NCBI GenBank assembly: GCA_002269645.1
Contig: NIVC01001233.1
Span: 76,021 to 140,020, forward strand
Reading direction: 5' to 3'
Source of the DNA: Macrostomum lignano
Taxonomy: Eukaryota
DNA: 64,000 nucleotides
The translations under genes were made by a program, and so were the position numbers. Positions 1 to 12,208 of this stretch are shown piece by piece; positions within the stretch are counted from its first letter, which is position 1; the number at the start of each line of letters is the position of its first letter. The notes under the pieces were generated by a model. The model had not been told where the DNA came from and searched no databases. It saw nothing but the letters and a program-made list of their open reading frames with translations.

Positions 1-3000
1 TGAGTGTGCCTGTTTGAGGATTTGAATTTTCCTGTTTAGAGATTTGAATGTTCCTTTTTAGGGATCTACATGTTCCTATTTAGGGATCTGAATGTTCCTG
101 TTTTGGGACTTGAATGTTTATGTTTAGAGATTTAAATGTTCCTGTTTAGGGATCTGAATGATCCTGTTTAAGGATCTGAATGTTCCTGTTTAGGGATCTG
201 AATGTTCCTGTTTGGATCTGAGTGTGCCTGTTTGAGGATCTGAATGTTCCTGTTTAAGAATTTGAATGTTCATGTTTAGGGATTTGAATGTTCCTGTTTA
301 GGGATTTGAATGTTCCTGTTTAGGGATCTGAATGTTCCTGTTTAGGGATCTGAATGTTTTTGTTTAGAGATTTGAATGTTTCCTTTTTAGGGATCTGAAT
401 GTTCCTGTTTAGGGATCTGAGTGTGCCTGTTTAGGGATCTGAATGTTCCTGTTTAGGGATCTGAGTGTGCCTGTTTGAGGATTTGAATGTTCCGGTTTAG
501 AGATTTGAAAGTTCCTTTTTAGGGATCTGAATGTTCCTGTTTAGGTATTTGAATGTTCCTGTTTAGAGATTTGAAAGTTCCTTTTTAGGGATCTGAATGT
601 TCCTGTTTAGGGATCTGAATGTTCCTGTTTAGAGAGATCTGAGTGTGCCTGTTTAGGGATCTGAGTGTGCCTGTTTGAGGATTTAAAGGTTCCTGTTTAG
701 AGATTTGAAAGTTCCTTTTTAGGGATCTGAATGTTCCTGTTTAGGGATCTGAGTGTGCCTGTTTAGGGATCTGAATGTTCCTTTTTTGAAATTTGAATGT
801 TCCTGTTTAGGGATCTGAATGTTCCTGTTTAGAGATTTGAATGTTCTTGTTTAGGGATTTGAATGTTCCTGTTTAGGGATTTGAATGTTCCTGTTTAGGG
901 ATCTGAATGTTCCTGTTTAGGGATCTGAATGTTTTTGTTTAGAGATTTGAATGTTTCCTTTTTAGGGATCTGAATGTTCCTGTTTAGGGATCTGAATGTT
1001 CCTGTTTAGAGAGATCTGAGTGTGCCTGTTTAGGGATCTGAGTGTGCCTGTTTGAGGATTTAAAGGTTCCTGTTTAGAGATTTGAAAGTTCCTTTTTAGG
1101 GATCTGAATGTTCCTGTTTAGGGATCTGAGTGTGCCTGTTTAGGGATCTGAATGTTCCTTTTTTGAAATTTGAATGTTCTTGTTTAGGTATCTGAATGTT
1201 CCTGTTTAGGGATCTGAGTGTGCCTGTTTAGGGATCTGAATGTTCCTTTTTTGAAATTTGAATGTTCCTGTTTAGGGATCTGAATGTTCCTGTTTAGAGA
1301 TTTGAATGTTCTTGTTTAGGTATTTGAATGTTCCTGTTTAGGTATCTGAATGTTCCTGTTTAGGTATTTGAATGTTCCTGTTTAGGTATCTGAATGTTCC
1401 TGTTTAGGTATTTGAATGTTCTTGTTTAGGTATTTGAATGTTCCTGTTTAGGTATTTGAATGTTCCTGTTTAGGTATTTGAATGTTCCTGTTTAGGTATT
1501 TGAATGTTCCTGTTTAGGTATTTGAATGTTCCTGTTTAGGTATTTGAATGTTCCTGTTTAGGTATTTGAATGTTCCTGTTTAGGGATCTGAGTGTGCCTG
1601 TTTAGGGATCTGAATGTTCCTTTTTTGAAATTTGAATGTTCCTGTTTAGGGATCTGAATGTTCCTGTTTAGAGATTTGAATGTTCTTGTTTAGGTATTTG
1701 AATGTTCTTGTTTAGGTATTTGAATGTTCCTGTTTAGGTATCTGAATGTTCCTGTTTAGAGATTTGAATGTTCCTGTTTAGGTATCTGAATGTTCCTGTT
1801 TAGGTATTTGAATGTTCCTGTTTAGGTATCTGAATGTTCCTGTTTAGGTATTTGAATGTTCTTGTTTAGGTATTTGAATGTTCCTGTTTAGGTATTTGAA
1901 TGTTCTTGTTTAGGTATTTGAATGTTCCTGTTTAGGTATCTGAATGTTCCTGTTTAGGTATTTGAATGTTCCTGTTTAGGTATTTGAATGTTCTTGTTTA
2001 GGTATTTGAATGTTCCTGTTTAGGTATCTGAATGTTCCTGTTTAGGTATCTGAATGTTCCTGTTTAGGTATTTGAATGTTCCTGTTTAGGTATTTGAATG
2101 TTCTTGTTTAGGTATTTGAATGTTCCTGTTTAGGTATCTGAATGTTCCTGTTTAGGTATTTGAATGTTCCTGTTTAGGTATTTGAATGTTCTTGTTTAGG
2201 TATTTGAATGTTCCTGTTTAGGTATCTGAATGTTCCTGTTTAGGTATTTGAATGTTCTTGTTTAGGTATTTGAATGTTCCTGTTTAGGTATCTGAATGTT
2301 CCTGTTTAGGTATTTGAATGTTCCTGTTTAGGTATTTGAATGTTCTTGTTTAGGTATTTGAATGTTCCTGTTTAGGTATCTGAATGTTCCTGTTTAGGTA
2401 TCTGAATGTTCCTGTTTAGGTATTTGAATGTTCCTGTTTAGGTATTTGAATGTTCTTGTTTAGGTATTTGAATGTTCCTGTTTAGGTATCTGAATGTTCC
2501 TGTTTAGGGATCTGAATGTTCCTGTTTAGAGATTTGAATGTTCCTGTTTAGGTATCTGAATGTTCCTGTTTAGGTATTTGAATGTTCCTGTTTAGGTATC
2601 TGAATGTTCCTGTTTAGGTATTTGAATGTTCTTGTTTAGGTATTCGAATGTTCCTGTTTAGGTATCTGAATGTTCCTGTTTAGGTATTTGAATGTTCCTG
2701 TTTAGGTATTTGAATGTTCTTGTTTAGGTATTTGAATGTTCCTGTTTAGGTATCTGAATGTTCCTGTTTAGGTATCTGAATGTTCCTGTTTAGGTATTTG
2801 AATGTTCTTGTTTAGGTATTTGAATGTTCCTGTTTAGGTATTTGAATGTTCTTGTTTAGGTATTTGAATGTTCCTGTTTAGGTATCTGAATGTTCCTGTT
2901 TAGGTATTTGAATGTTCCTGTTTAGGTATCTGAATGTTCCTGTTTAGGTATTTGAATGTTCTTGTTTAGGTATTTAAATGTTCCTGTTTAGGTATTTGAA

Positions 3001-4535
3001 TGTTCTTGTTTAGGTATTTGAATGTTCCTGTTTAGGTATCTGAATGTTCCTGTTTAGGTATCTGAATGTTCCTGTTTAGGTATTTGAATGTTCCTGTTTA
3101 GGTATTTGAATGTTCTTGTTTAGGTATTTGAATGTTCCTGTTTAGGTATTTGAATGTTCCTGTTTAGGTATCTGAATGTTCCTGTTTAGGTATCTGAATG
3201 TTCCTGTTTAGGTATTTGAATGTTCCTGTTTAGGGATCTGAATGTTCCTGTTTAGAGATTTGAATGTTCCTGTTTAGGTATCTGAATGTTCCTGTTTAGG
3301 TATTTGAATGTTCCTGTTTAGGTATCTGAATGTTCCTGTTTAGGTATTTGAATGTTCTTGTTTAGGTATTTGAATGTTCCTGTTTAGGTATTTGAATGTT
3401 CTTGTTTAGGTATTTGAATGTTCCTGTTTAGGTATCTGAATGTTCCTGTTTAGGTATTTGAATGTTCTTGTTTAGGTATTTGAATGTTCCTGTTTAGGTA
3501 TTTGAATGTTCTTGTTTAGGTATTTGAATGTTCCTGTTTAGGTATCTGAATGTTCCTGTTTAGGTATTTGAATGTTCCTGTTTAGGTATTTGAATGTTCT
3601 TGTTTAGGTATTTGAATGTTCCTGTTTAGGTATCTGAATGTTCCTGTTTAGGTATCTGAATGTTCCTGTTTAGGTATTTGAATGTTCCTGTTTAGGTATT
3701 TGAATGTTCTTGTTTAGGTATTTGAATGTTCCTGTTTAGGTATCTGAATGTTCCTGTTTAGGTATTTGAATGTTCCTGTTTAGGTATCTGAATGTTCCTG
3801 TTTAGGTATTTGAATGTTCTTGTTTAGGTATTTGAATGTTCCTGTTTAGGTATTTGAATGTTCTTGTTTAGGTATTTGAATGTTCCTGTTTAGGTATCTG
3901 AATGTTCCTGTTTAGGTATTTGAATGTTCCTGTTTAGGTATTTGAATGTTCTTGTTTAGGTATTTGAATGTTCCTGTTTAGGTATCTGAATGTTCCTGTT
4001 TAGGTATCTGAATGTTCCTGTTTAGGTATTTGAATGTTCCTGTTTAGGTATTTGAATGTTCTTGTTTAGGTATTTGAATGTTCCTGTTTAGGTATCTGAA
4101 TGTTCCTGTTTAGGTATTTGAATGTTCCTGTTTAGAGATTTGAATGTTCCTGTTTAGGGATCTGAATGTTTCTTTTTAGGGATCTGAATGTGCCTATTTA
4201 GGGATCTGAATGTTCCTGTTTGAGGATTTGAATGTTCTTGTTTAGGGATCTGAATGTTCCTGTTTGAGGATTTGAATGTTCTTGTTTAGGGATTTGAATA
4301 TTCCTGTTTAGGGATTTGAATGTTCCTGTTTAGGGATCTGAATGTTCCTGTTTAGGGATCTGAATGTTCCTGTTTGAGGATTTGAATGTTCTTGTTTAGG
4401 GATCTGAATGTTCCTGTTTGAGGATTTGAATGTTCTTGTTTAGGGATTTGAATATTCCTGTTTAGGGATTTGAATGTTCCTGTTTAGGGATTTGAATGTT
4501 TCTTTTTAGGGATCTGAATGTGCCTATTTAGGGTT
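1..4535. repeat. 22-bp satellite, consensus TTCCTGTTTAGG(T/G)AT(C/T)TGAATG; runs off the window start
   Basis: Continuous 22-bp period; diverged edges, homogeneous GGTAT core from ~1320 to ~4130. Confidence 0.97.
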
Positions 4536-4614
4536 CTGAGAGGGTTTTAGTCGCAGTACACGTTGACTCAGCAGTAAGCACACGGTAAACCGAATGTGTG
4601 TCCAACCGATTTAG

Positions 4615-5999
4615 GTCCAGCATGCCGTCCAGCAGTACAGGCAACTTGCGAGCCTGGCTGGCGTCAAACTCCCAGCAGCAGCAGCAGCAGCAGGCGCAGC
4701 ATCCGCATCAGCATCATCTAAGCGAGGGCGGCTCCAACGGGCAGGATGTCTCCGATATAGACCTGCTTGACCAGCTGATTCGCGAGAGCTCGTCTGCCGA
4801 TTCCCAGCAGGAGCAAATGCTGACCGCGACTCCGGCTGTTTGTGAGCATCTCTGCAGTATTTATTACTGCTTGTTCACTGAATCACCGGGAAAACAGCTA
4901 TATGGTAACCCAGTAAATGACCGGGTAAACAACTGGATAACAGGCCAGTGAATCACCGGTGAAACAACTGGATAACAGCCTAGTGAAGGGGTCGCTTCAT
5001 AAGCTCGAAATTTCATTATCCTCGAAAATTGTAGCAAGCGACTTCACAAGCTCGAAATTTCACAACCTCGAAAACCATTTTAGCAGGCGACTTCACAAGC
5101 TGCTAGAATGGTTTTCGAGGTTGTGAAATTTCGAGCTTGTGAAAGCAACCCCTAGTGAATCACTGGTGAAACAGCTGGATAACAAAGCCAGTGAATCACT
5201 GGTGAAACAGCTGGATAACAAGGCCAGTGAATCACCGGTGAAACAGTTGGATAACAGGCCAGTGAATCACCGGTGAAACAGTTGGATAACAGGCCAGTGA
5301 ATCACCAGTGAAAAAGTTGAATAACAGGCCAGTGAATCATTGGTGAAACAGTTGGATAACAGGCCAGTGAATCATCGGTGAAACAGTTGGATAACAGGCC
5401 AGTGAATCACCGGTGAAACAGTTGGATAACAGGCCAGTGAATCACCAGTGAAACAGTTGGATAACAGGCCAGTGAATCATCGGTGAAACAGCTGGATAAC
5501 AAGGCCAGTGAATCACCGGTGAAACAGTTGGATAACAGGCCAGTGAATCACCAGTGAAAAAGTTGAATAACAGGCCAGTGAATCACCAGTGAAAAAGTTG
5601 AATAACAGGCCAGTGAATCCCAGGGGGAATCAGCGGTTCTCTTTGCCCCAGCAAAACCGGTTGCCCCAACACCCCTAATCATCCGCCGCAGCCAACGCTT
5701 ACCGGCGCGTGCACCAGCAGCACCAGAGCGAATTCCAGCGTCCGCCCCAGTCGCCAATGCAGCTGGACGGCGTCGCCATATTCAATGACGAGCCTCTGGC
5801 TGGTGCTGCAGTCGGCTCCGGCTATCAACAGCTGCAGCAGATGTGGGACGGCGACCCGCCGCTGATGCACAGCCTGGCGGCGCCTTCGCCCATGGACGTC
5901 GGCTCTGCCATTATCGCCGCCGACATGGACATCGATCTGGACATCAGCGTTGAGGATTACTGCTCGCCGTCTGATAGCGTCTTTATTGTTGACGCTTAA
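4615..5999 (+). CDS. Last two exons (4615-4841, 5692-5999) of a Gln-rich protein of unknown function
   Basis: TTAG acceptor before 4615; GTGAGC donor at 4842 (phase 1); CCGCAG acceptor before 5692 resumes in the matching phase (T+CC) into ORF 5709-5999, ending TAA. Poly-Q and acidic/hydrophobic low complexity; no domain recognised. Confidence 0.7.
4890..5620. repeat. 35-bp intronic minisatellite AGGCCAGTGAATCACCGGTGAAACAGTTGGATAAC
   Basis: 35-bp period filling intron 4842-5691, interrupted by a MITE. Confidence 0.93.
4988..5152. mobile_element. 165-bp MITE with GGGGTCGC-type TIRs and 7-bp flanking direct repeat TAGTGAA
   Basis: Left GGGGTCGCTTCATAAGCTCGAAATTTCA pairs with right TGAAATTTCGAGCTTGTGAAAGCAACCCC; TAGTGAA at 4981-4987 and 5153-5159. 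Confidence 0.85.
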
Positions 6000-6869
6000 A
6001 TTGCTGTGATCTATGAGTTGTGTTTTGCATCACCTGCTCTGTGCAGCTGATATTATTGCTTTAATGGCACGCCTTTTCATTCTATACATCTGCTCTCATT
6101 AGCTTTCTTCGTATTTCCTCTCTTAGCCTATAAATCGCCAATGAATGCGGCTGAAGCCTATGTCAATCCCGTAAGCTAATTAGGACGTTGGTTCGAATCC
6201 TCACTATTCCTACATATCGGAAATCGACTCGACCTCTCTCTCACTCTCTTCCTCTGTCTCCTTCCCTTTCTCTTATCTCTGCATCTCCCTATCTCCCCTC
6301 TCTGCCTCTGTACCCCCCTGTTTCACTTCTCTCTCTCTCTCCTTTCCATTCGGACGCTTATAGACAAAGCTATCTATTCAAATAGAAACTGTGCGATCAT
6401 ATCATGTTTTATCGCGCTGTAAGAGCTATTTCTAATGTAATATTGTAATCACTCAACCAAAGATACGCTTCACGCCGTCAACCCCCAGCCTCGCATTGCA
6501 ATTCGCTTATTTTTTACTACTATTAACCCTGTTGTCAGTGATTTGATCGTCTTTCTTTTGTATGTGGATTAACTATTATTTAATAAGGCTATAATTATTG
6601 CAGCCCGTCTGACTGTGGTATCCAATTGGACACTTCAATCCATACGCTCGTACATACATATGCCCTATTTGTATTACTGTGTGTGCTCTATTCGAGCATT
6701 AAAATTCGTCCGAATCTAATTTCGTTTTTTTATTTGTTAAAAATTTATTATTCAGACACTTGCCTGATGTTAAATAGACAATTGCAGCACTGCTTGTAGC
6801 CTTGTTGGACTCCGCTCCTCCTTATCACTCCTTACCACTCCAACCTCCATATCACCCACTCCAACCTCC

Positions 6870-7225
6870 ATATCACGTGACTCACATTAACCTTCATATC
6901 ACGTGACCCGCTCCAACATCAATATCACGTGACTCACATTAACCTTCATATCACGTGACCCGCTCCAACATCAATATCACGTGACTCACATTAACCTTCA
7001 TATCACGTGACCCGCTCCAACATCAATATCACGTGACTCACATTAACCTTCATATCACGTGACCCGCTCCAACATCAATATCACGTGACTCACATTAACC
7101 TTCATATCACGTGACCCGCTCCAACATCAATATCACGTGACTCACATTAACCTTCATATCACGTGACCCGCTCCAACATCAATATCACGTGACTCACTCC
7201 AACCTCCATATCACGTGACCCACTG
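6870..7225. repeat. 52-bp tandem repeat with two TCACGTGA palindromes per unit
   Basis: Unit ATATCACGTGACTCACATTAACCTTCATATCACGTGACCCGCTCCAACATCA; 14 TCACGTGA counted. Confidence 0.93.
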
Positions 7226-7479
7226 CAAACCTCCATATCACTATTAACCTCACTCATAAATGGTTTTGATATTACGAGCGTAATTTTTACGCAAACCGTT
7301 TCTTTCTTTCCAAATGGCTCACACAAGCAGTATATAATCTACAAGTTTAGCTAGCAGTTAATTCTTTAGCAAATTATTTCTTCGAATCTGTTTCCATGCC
7401 GAAGTTGACTCCTCGATGTGTTCGATTTTGTCTAAATAATTCTTTTCACTACAAGACTATTATTCAGTATCGGCCGTTT

Positions 7480-7515
7480 GTATATATATATATATATATA
7501 TAGTGTGTGTGTGTG
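7480..7515. repeat. (TA)n(GT)n microsatellite
   Basis: Direct reading. Confidence 0.9.
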
Positions 7516-8858
7516 GGAACGAACTGTGCTGCATTCGTGCTGACGGATTTCGCCTTTTTTTCAAAGCTGGCGATTCTTTCTAGAAATATATTTATATCAC
7601 ATATGAATATATATGAATATTAAAGATTCAATTTTCGCAATTTTCAACCGTCCTATTATTAGTAATAAAAATAATTATTAAAATTTATCACTAATAGATG
7701 TTAACTAATTACATTTTGTGCTGCACCTGTCGATTTTTATTGATCAAAAAATAGAATTGATTGTTGCTATCGGTTCGGATTATTATTGCTATTATTATGT
7801 ATGCTAAAGTACGCTCTGTTTCAGCTGTCCCACTTGCCGGGGGCCCAGACTGTGCCAGCTTGTGCACTACCTCCGCGGTTTCCGTGTTTTGTCCCGTGGA
7901 CTGCTTTTTTCCCTCCTATATATCTAACAAGCTGGTTTGAAGCATCTGCTTTTTTGGAAAAGTAAATTCGAACAACTAACTCTTGTAGCAACGGTTGTAA
8001 GTAAATCACTAGCAGTGTGAGTCAGGCGTATATATACTCTTGTACAATGCATGCATATACATTTCGTCTTCCTAAATAATCGGATATGCGATATTCGCTC
8101 ACCATGCCCGGCCAGTTTCTATATTGCTTCATAGTCAATATATATATTCGTAGACCTTTATTATATTTTCACCCTTCCCCTCCGCGATATGTCCGGCGCC
8201 AATTTGCTGTTAACCGAATTGTCAATAGGCTAAATTTTGCGCTAACGTTTTTATCTGTGCTTTGCGCGCGCTGCATGCGTCCCCCGTGCTTACTTGTAAC
8301 AGACTTTCTACTTATAAATGCATACTTATGTCAAGACTAATTTGTGCGTAAAGAGTTTGCTTGTGTGTATTAAATGGTTTGTACATGTAATAATTGTTTT
8401 GTGCTTTATTTCTTGGTCTTACAGCTAATCTTCAAATACGGAAAATTATCAAGTCATTAAGATAATAGCAATTGTCTGGAGCTTTTTTAATGTGGGAAAG
8501 GGTTGTTATTAAATAAAAATAACTCTAGGTAAAATAATTTTGTTTCTTTTTAACATTCACAGCACTATAGCAGAGATACGAGGTTAATGAAAGCAAAAGT
8601 AATGCAGATACTTACGAATTTACATATACTCTTAGATAAAATTTGTGTGCAAATGTACCCTTACTAGAATGCATTCAAAAAACTTCAAATTCGTCTTGGT
8701 TCTCTTTTTAAGAAATTAAACTAATCCAAAAAGTGTTGAGCTGTTCCAATCTCGTATATTAAATTAGATCTAAATTGTAAAAAATTATAATCATTTTGAT
8801 AATCTCTGCTTTATGTACAGCTTACATGTACGAGTATATAATAATTTTGTCTCCCCAG

Positions 8859-8992
8859 GTGCACTACAGGCTGTCAGCATACACAATTGCAGACCGCGCT
8901 GAATTAGCAAGAAATTAAGTGTACCTAAAATGTCACATTTTGTACGTTATCGAGAGCTGCCTCACTCGCTGAGTCAATCAATTGCTCACCAG
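8859..8992 (+). other. Possible non-coding (5' UTR) exon of the LIM gene
   Basis: CTCCCCAG acceptor and AG|GTGAGC donor; all three frames contain stops. Confidence 0.35.
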
Positions 8993-9600
8993 GTGAGCAT
9001 TTTGTTTTGCATCAATATATTAATAAATGCAATTATAAAAAATTTAATTTACGATCAAGCTACACAAAATACATATCAGTTAAAACTTAAAATATTTTTG
9101 TTTTGTTTAAATGTTTATTAAGTCATTGAAAAAATTTAGTTTGCTTATTTTCTGAGAACGTTTTCACTATAACTTCCTGACAACAGATGGCGATTGTTTA
9201 TGACGTTGGCCAGCCATCGCCCTGCCAGCCACGCCCAGACCATGTGCATCTAATAACTTTCTTAAGTTTTTTATCAAAAAATATAGCAAGTTATGTTTGC
9301 CATTTTTGTTTTACAATATCAACAAATTACAAGCACACGTAGGATGCGGCCAGTCAGGCATAGCGATAGCGGCCATAGGCCCATAGCCTAGAAAGCTACG
9401 AAATAAAAAAATCGTTTTCAATTAGTATATGTATGCAAGGACTTCTTAGGTCTACAGTCTGTTTCCTTTACTTTTCATGTTGATGTTACTCAAATGAGTT
9501 TTAAATTAAGATTTTCTGGTTTTCTGTTTTGACAAGTCAAGCTAGGCCTAGCTAGGGCTAGGCTAGCCATGCTCATGCTGTTCTCTTTATAAAAATCTGT

Positions 9601-10167
9601 GGCAATAGTGCAGTTTCGTTCGCGAAATTATTTTTCGTTTAAATTCGAAAGTTCGAAACCAGAAAACAATAAAAACGATAAAAATTGATGTTTTAAACCA
9701 TTCTAATGATTGTGGCAGAGACCATGGCAGTCATCAGGTCGCACGCATTTGCCATTTAGCTCTAGTTGCGGTAGAGCATTTGCTGGCAGCACTTCATTTG
9801 GCGGAATTATCCACGAGGGTCTTGGTGGTCATCCAGCCATCATACAATATGTTGTCCAAAAAAAAGCAGATATTAGCAGCTTCTTAGCTAAAGGGAAACA
9901 GTTCAAGCCCCCCCCCACTTGAGCCCCTTTCGATTTTTTAAACTATTTTTTCCATAGACAAATTGCATTTCAAGTAGCATTCGAGTGTGGCACAGATTTA
10001 ATGAAAAAAGTATATTAATAGAGTGCCCATTTGCTTTAAAGTTCTGTGACCAGTGAGCACTGGCATAGTTGCTAGAATGGTTTAAAACATTGTTGTTATT
10101 GTTTTCTGGTTTTGAACTTTCAAATTTAAACAAAAAATAATTTCACAAACAAAATTGCACTATTGCC
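9601..10167. mobile_element. 567-bp MITE, ~120-bp TIRs starting GGCAATAGTGCA, 8-bp TSD AAATCTGT (Merlin-like termini)
   Basis: 9601-9720 is the reverse complement of ~10060-10167; AAATCTGT at 9593-9600 and 10168-10175. GG termini with 8-bp TSD fit the Merlin superfamily (established), hAT/Mutator not excluded. Confidence 0.85.
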
Positions 10168-12208
10168 AAATCTGTTTACACTTTAAAATAAACTATTTTG
10201 CATGGCTATATATTTACATGCTAAATTACAAAATAATCTAGTCAAGCTTAATATAGGTAAGGTAGCAGAATGGGCACCCGCGCCTTCCCATTGTGTCCCC
10301 TCCGGGACAGCCCTGCAGCTAAGTCAAATATAGGTAAGGGGTATCATTCTTAATTTTATAAAGATATAAAAAATATAAATTGAACTAAACATAGATTATG
10401 ATAGATACTATAGTTATATATAGTTATATGTAGCTTATAGTTATAATATAGGCCTAAAACTTTTCATGCAGTTAAATGACCAAATTAGAAGACAAAATGA
10501 TTTTATGAATATTAGTATATTAAGAAGTTTCAAATGACACAAATTAGGGGCCTATTATCAATCCTACAAACTATTTTCTTTTTTATTGAGCTACCAAGCC
10601 ATAGTAAGGAAGATAGCCTTTTTCATGGAAAATTCTAGTGCAACAGTAGGCAAGGAAGAAAAATTTGGCGCAGTACAGTGCAAGACAAAAATTGGCACAA
10701 TTTGGTATAAGACAAAACTTTTGATGAGACAATATTTTTTGACAGAAAATTAGCATGTAATTTCTTTTTATCAGCACTTTTTGTTTGCCAGTATATTAAT
10801 GGATTTTTAATTAATTTATGTTAACATTGCATTTTCTATGAAATAGATTCAAATACAAGTTTTAACCAGTATTTTTCAAATAGAAAATTACTGGTTTTTG
10901 CATTTTTTTCAAAAAGTTGCAATATATGATGCAACAAACTTTTTGATATGATTTTGTTCCAGTGCATGGTGCAATCAAAATTTTTTGATAGGATTCATTC
11001 TAGTGTAGGCCAGTCAATTGAACAGTCAATTCAATAATTCATTTTGATAATAACATTGGACTTTAATTATATTTGTTTTGGCAATAAGTACTTTTATCTT
11101 GGTTATTTTTTTATCTTAATTATGACTCAGTATTGACATTTAGAGGTTTCTAAAGAATATACTAAAATAGATAAATAATATTTTATTTAATTTTTTTTCT
11201 AAGGATACCAATCATCTTTATTTATAGTGTAGTTTTTCTAGTATAACTTTTTATAATGTAAAAGCTCATATACTGCTCTTTTTGAGCTTCAAGTGCTTTT
11301 TAGTATTTTAAGATTTACCTTGAAATTTAATTAAAGACTAGAACTAGAACTCAGATATTTTTGAATTAATTTAAAAATGTACAAATTAAATTAAACAACA
11401 TGCCCATTATTGACAGTTAGGCCTAAATAATATATTGATCTTGAAATGGAATAAATTTGTAATATTATTTTATAGCTGATCTTTTCTAATATGTTTTATT
11501 AGTAAAATGAATTAAAATGACTAGTTATCAAATCTTTTCTTTGTTGCCAAAATGTCTGCCATTAAAACAACTTATTATTGAAACATCTTATGTTTATATA
11601 ATAATGGGCAATCTAAAATATGAAGTTGCTAAATGAATTTTTGGATAAAGATAGTGCTAAAGATACTTGTTTAAGTGCAAGTTGAATAGGATGAATAGGA
11701 ATAGTGCCATATATATTTTTAAATAAAGCTTTCATATGTATCCAAGTCCCTATGATAGTTTTTTGTATATAATTGTAATATGAGCTTCTAGATAGCAACT
11801 GCAGGGTTATAAGTTTCTAATGGATATATCATTAACTAATTATAGTTGACTCTATATCAGACATCTAATAGCTCTAATAAAAAGACATCATTAGTAAAAA
11901 GCAAATTGTTTTTTTGATTGAAAACTCAATTGAAATGCTATAATTAGAACTAAAAAGGAAGAGCTCTTTAATTTTATAGAAATTTATTTAATATTTTATA
12001 AAATAATATGCAAATTTGGCTGTCTTACTTGCATGCATTATATTTTTTTTTTTTTAATTTTTAAATTTAAAAATATAATATTTTTATAATATTATAATAT
12101 AAAAAATAATATATATATATTAGGCCTAGTCCATTCATCTTAAATAGATAATTATTTTCAGATTTGCATTGATCAAATAAAATTTTTATGCATGCAACAA
12201 GCATAGCT

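Noticed and set aside
6145-6210. tRNA gene at GGTTCGAATCC (6190-6200)
   Set aside because: Isolated B-box; no A-box or cloverleaf could be drawn.
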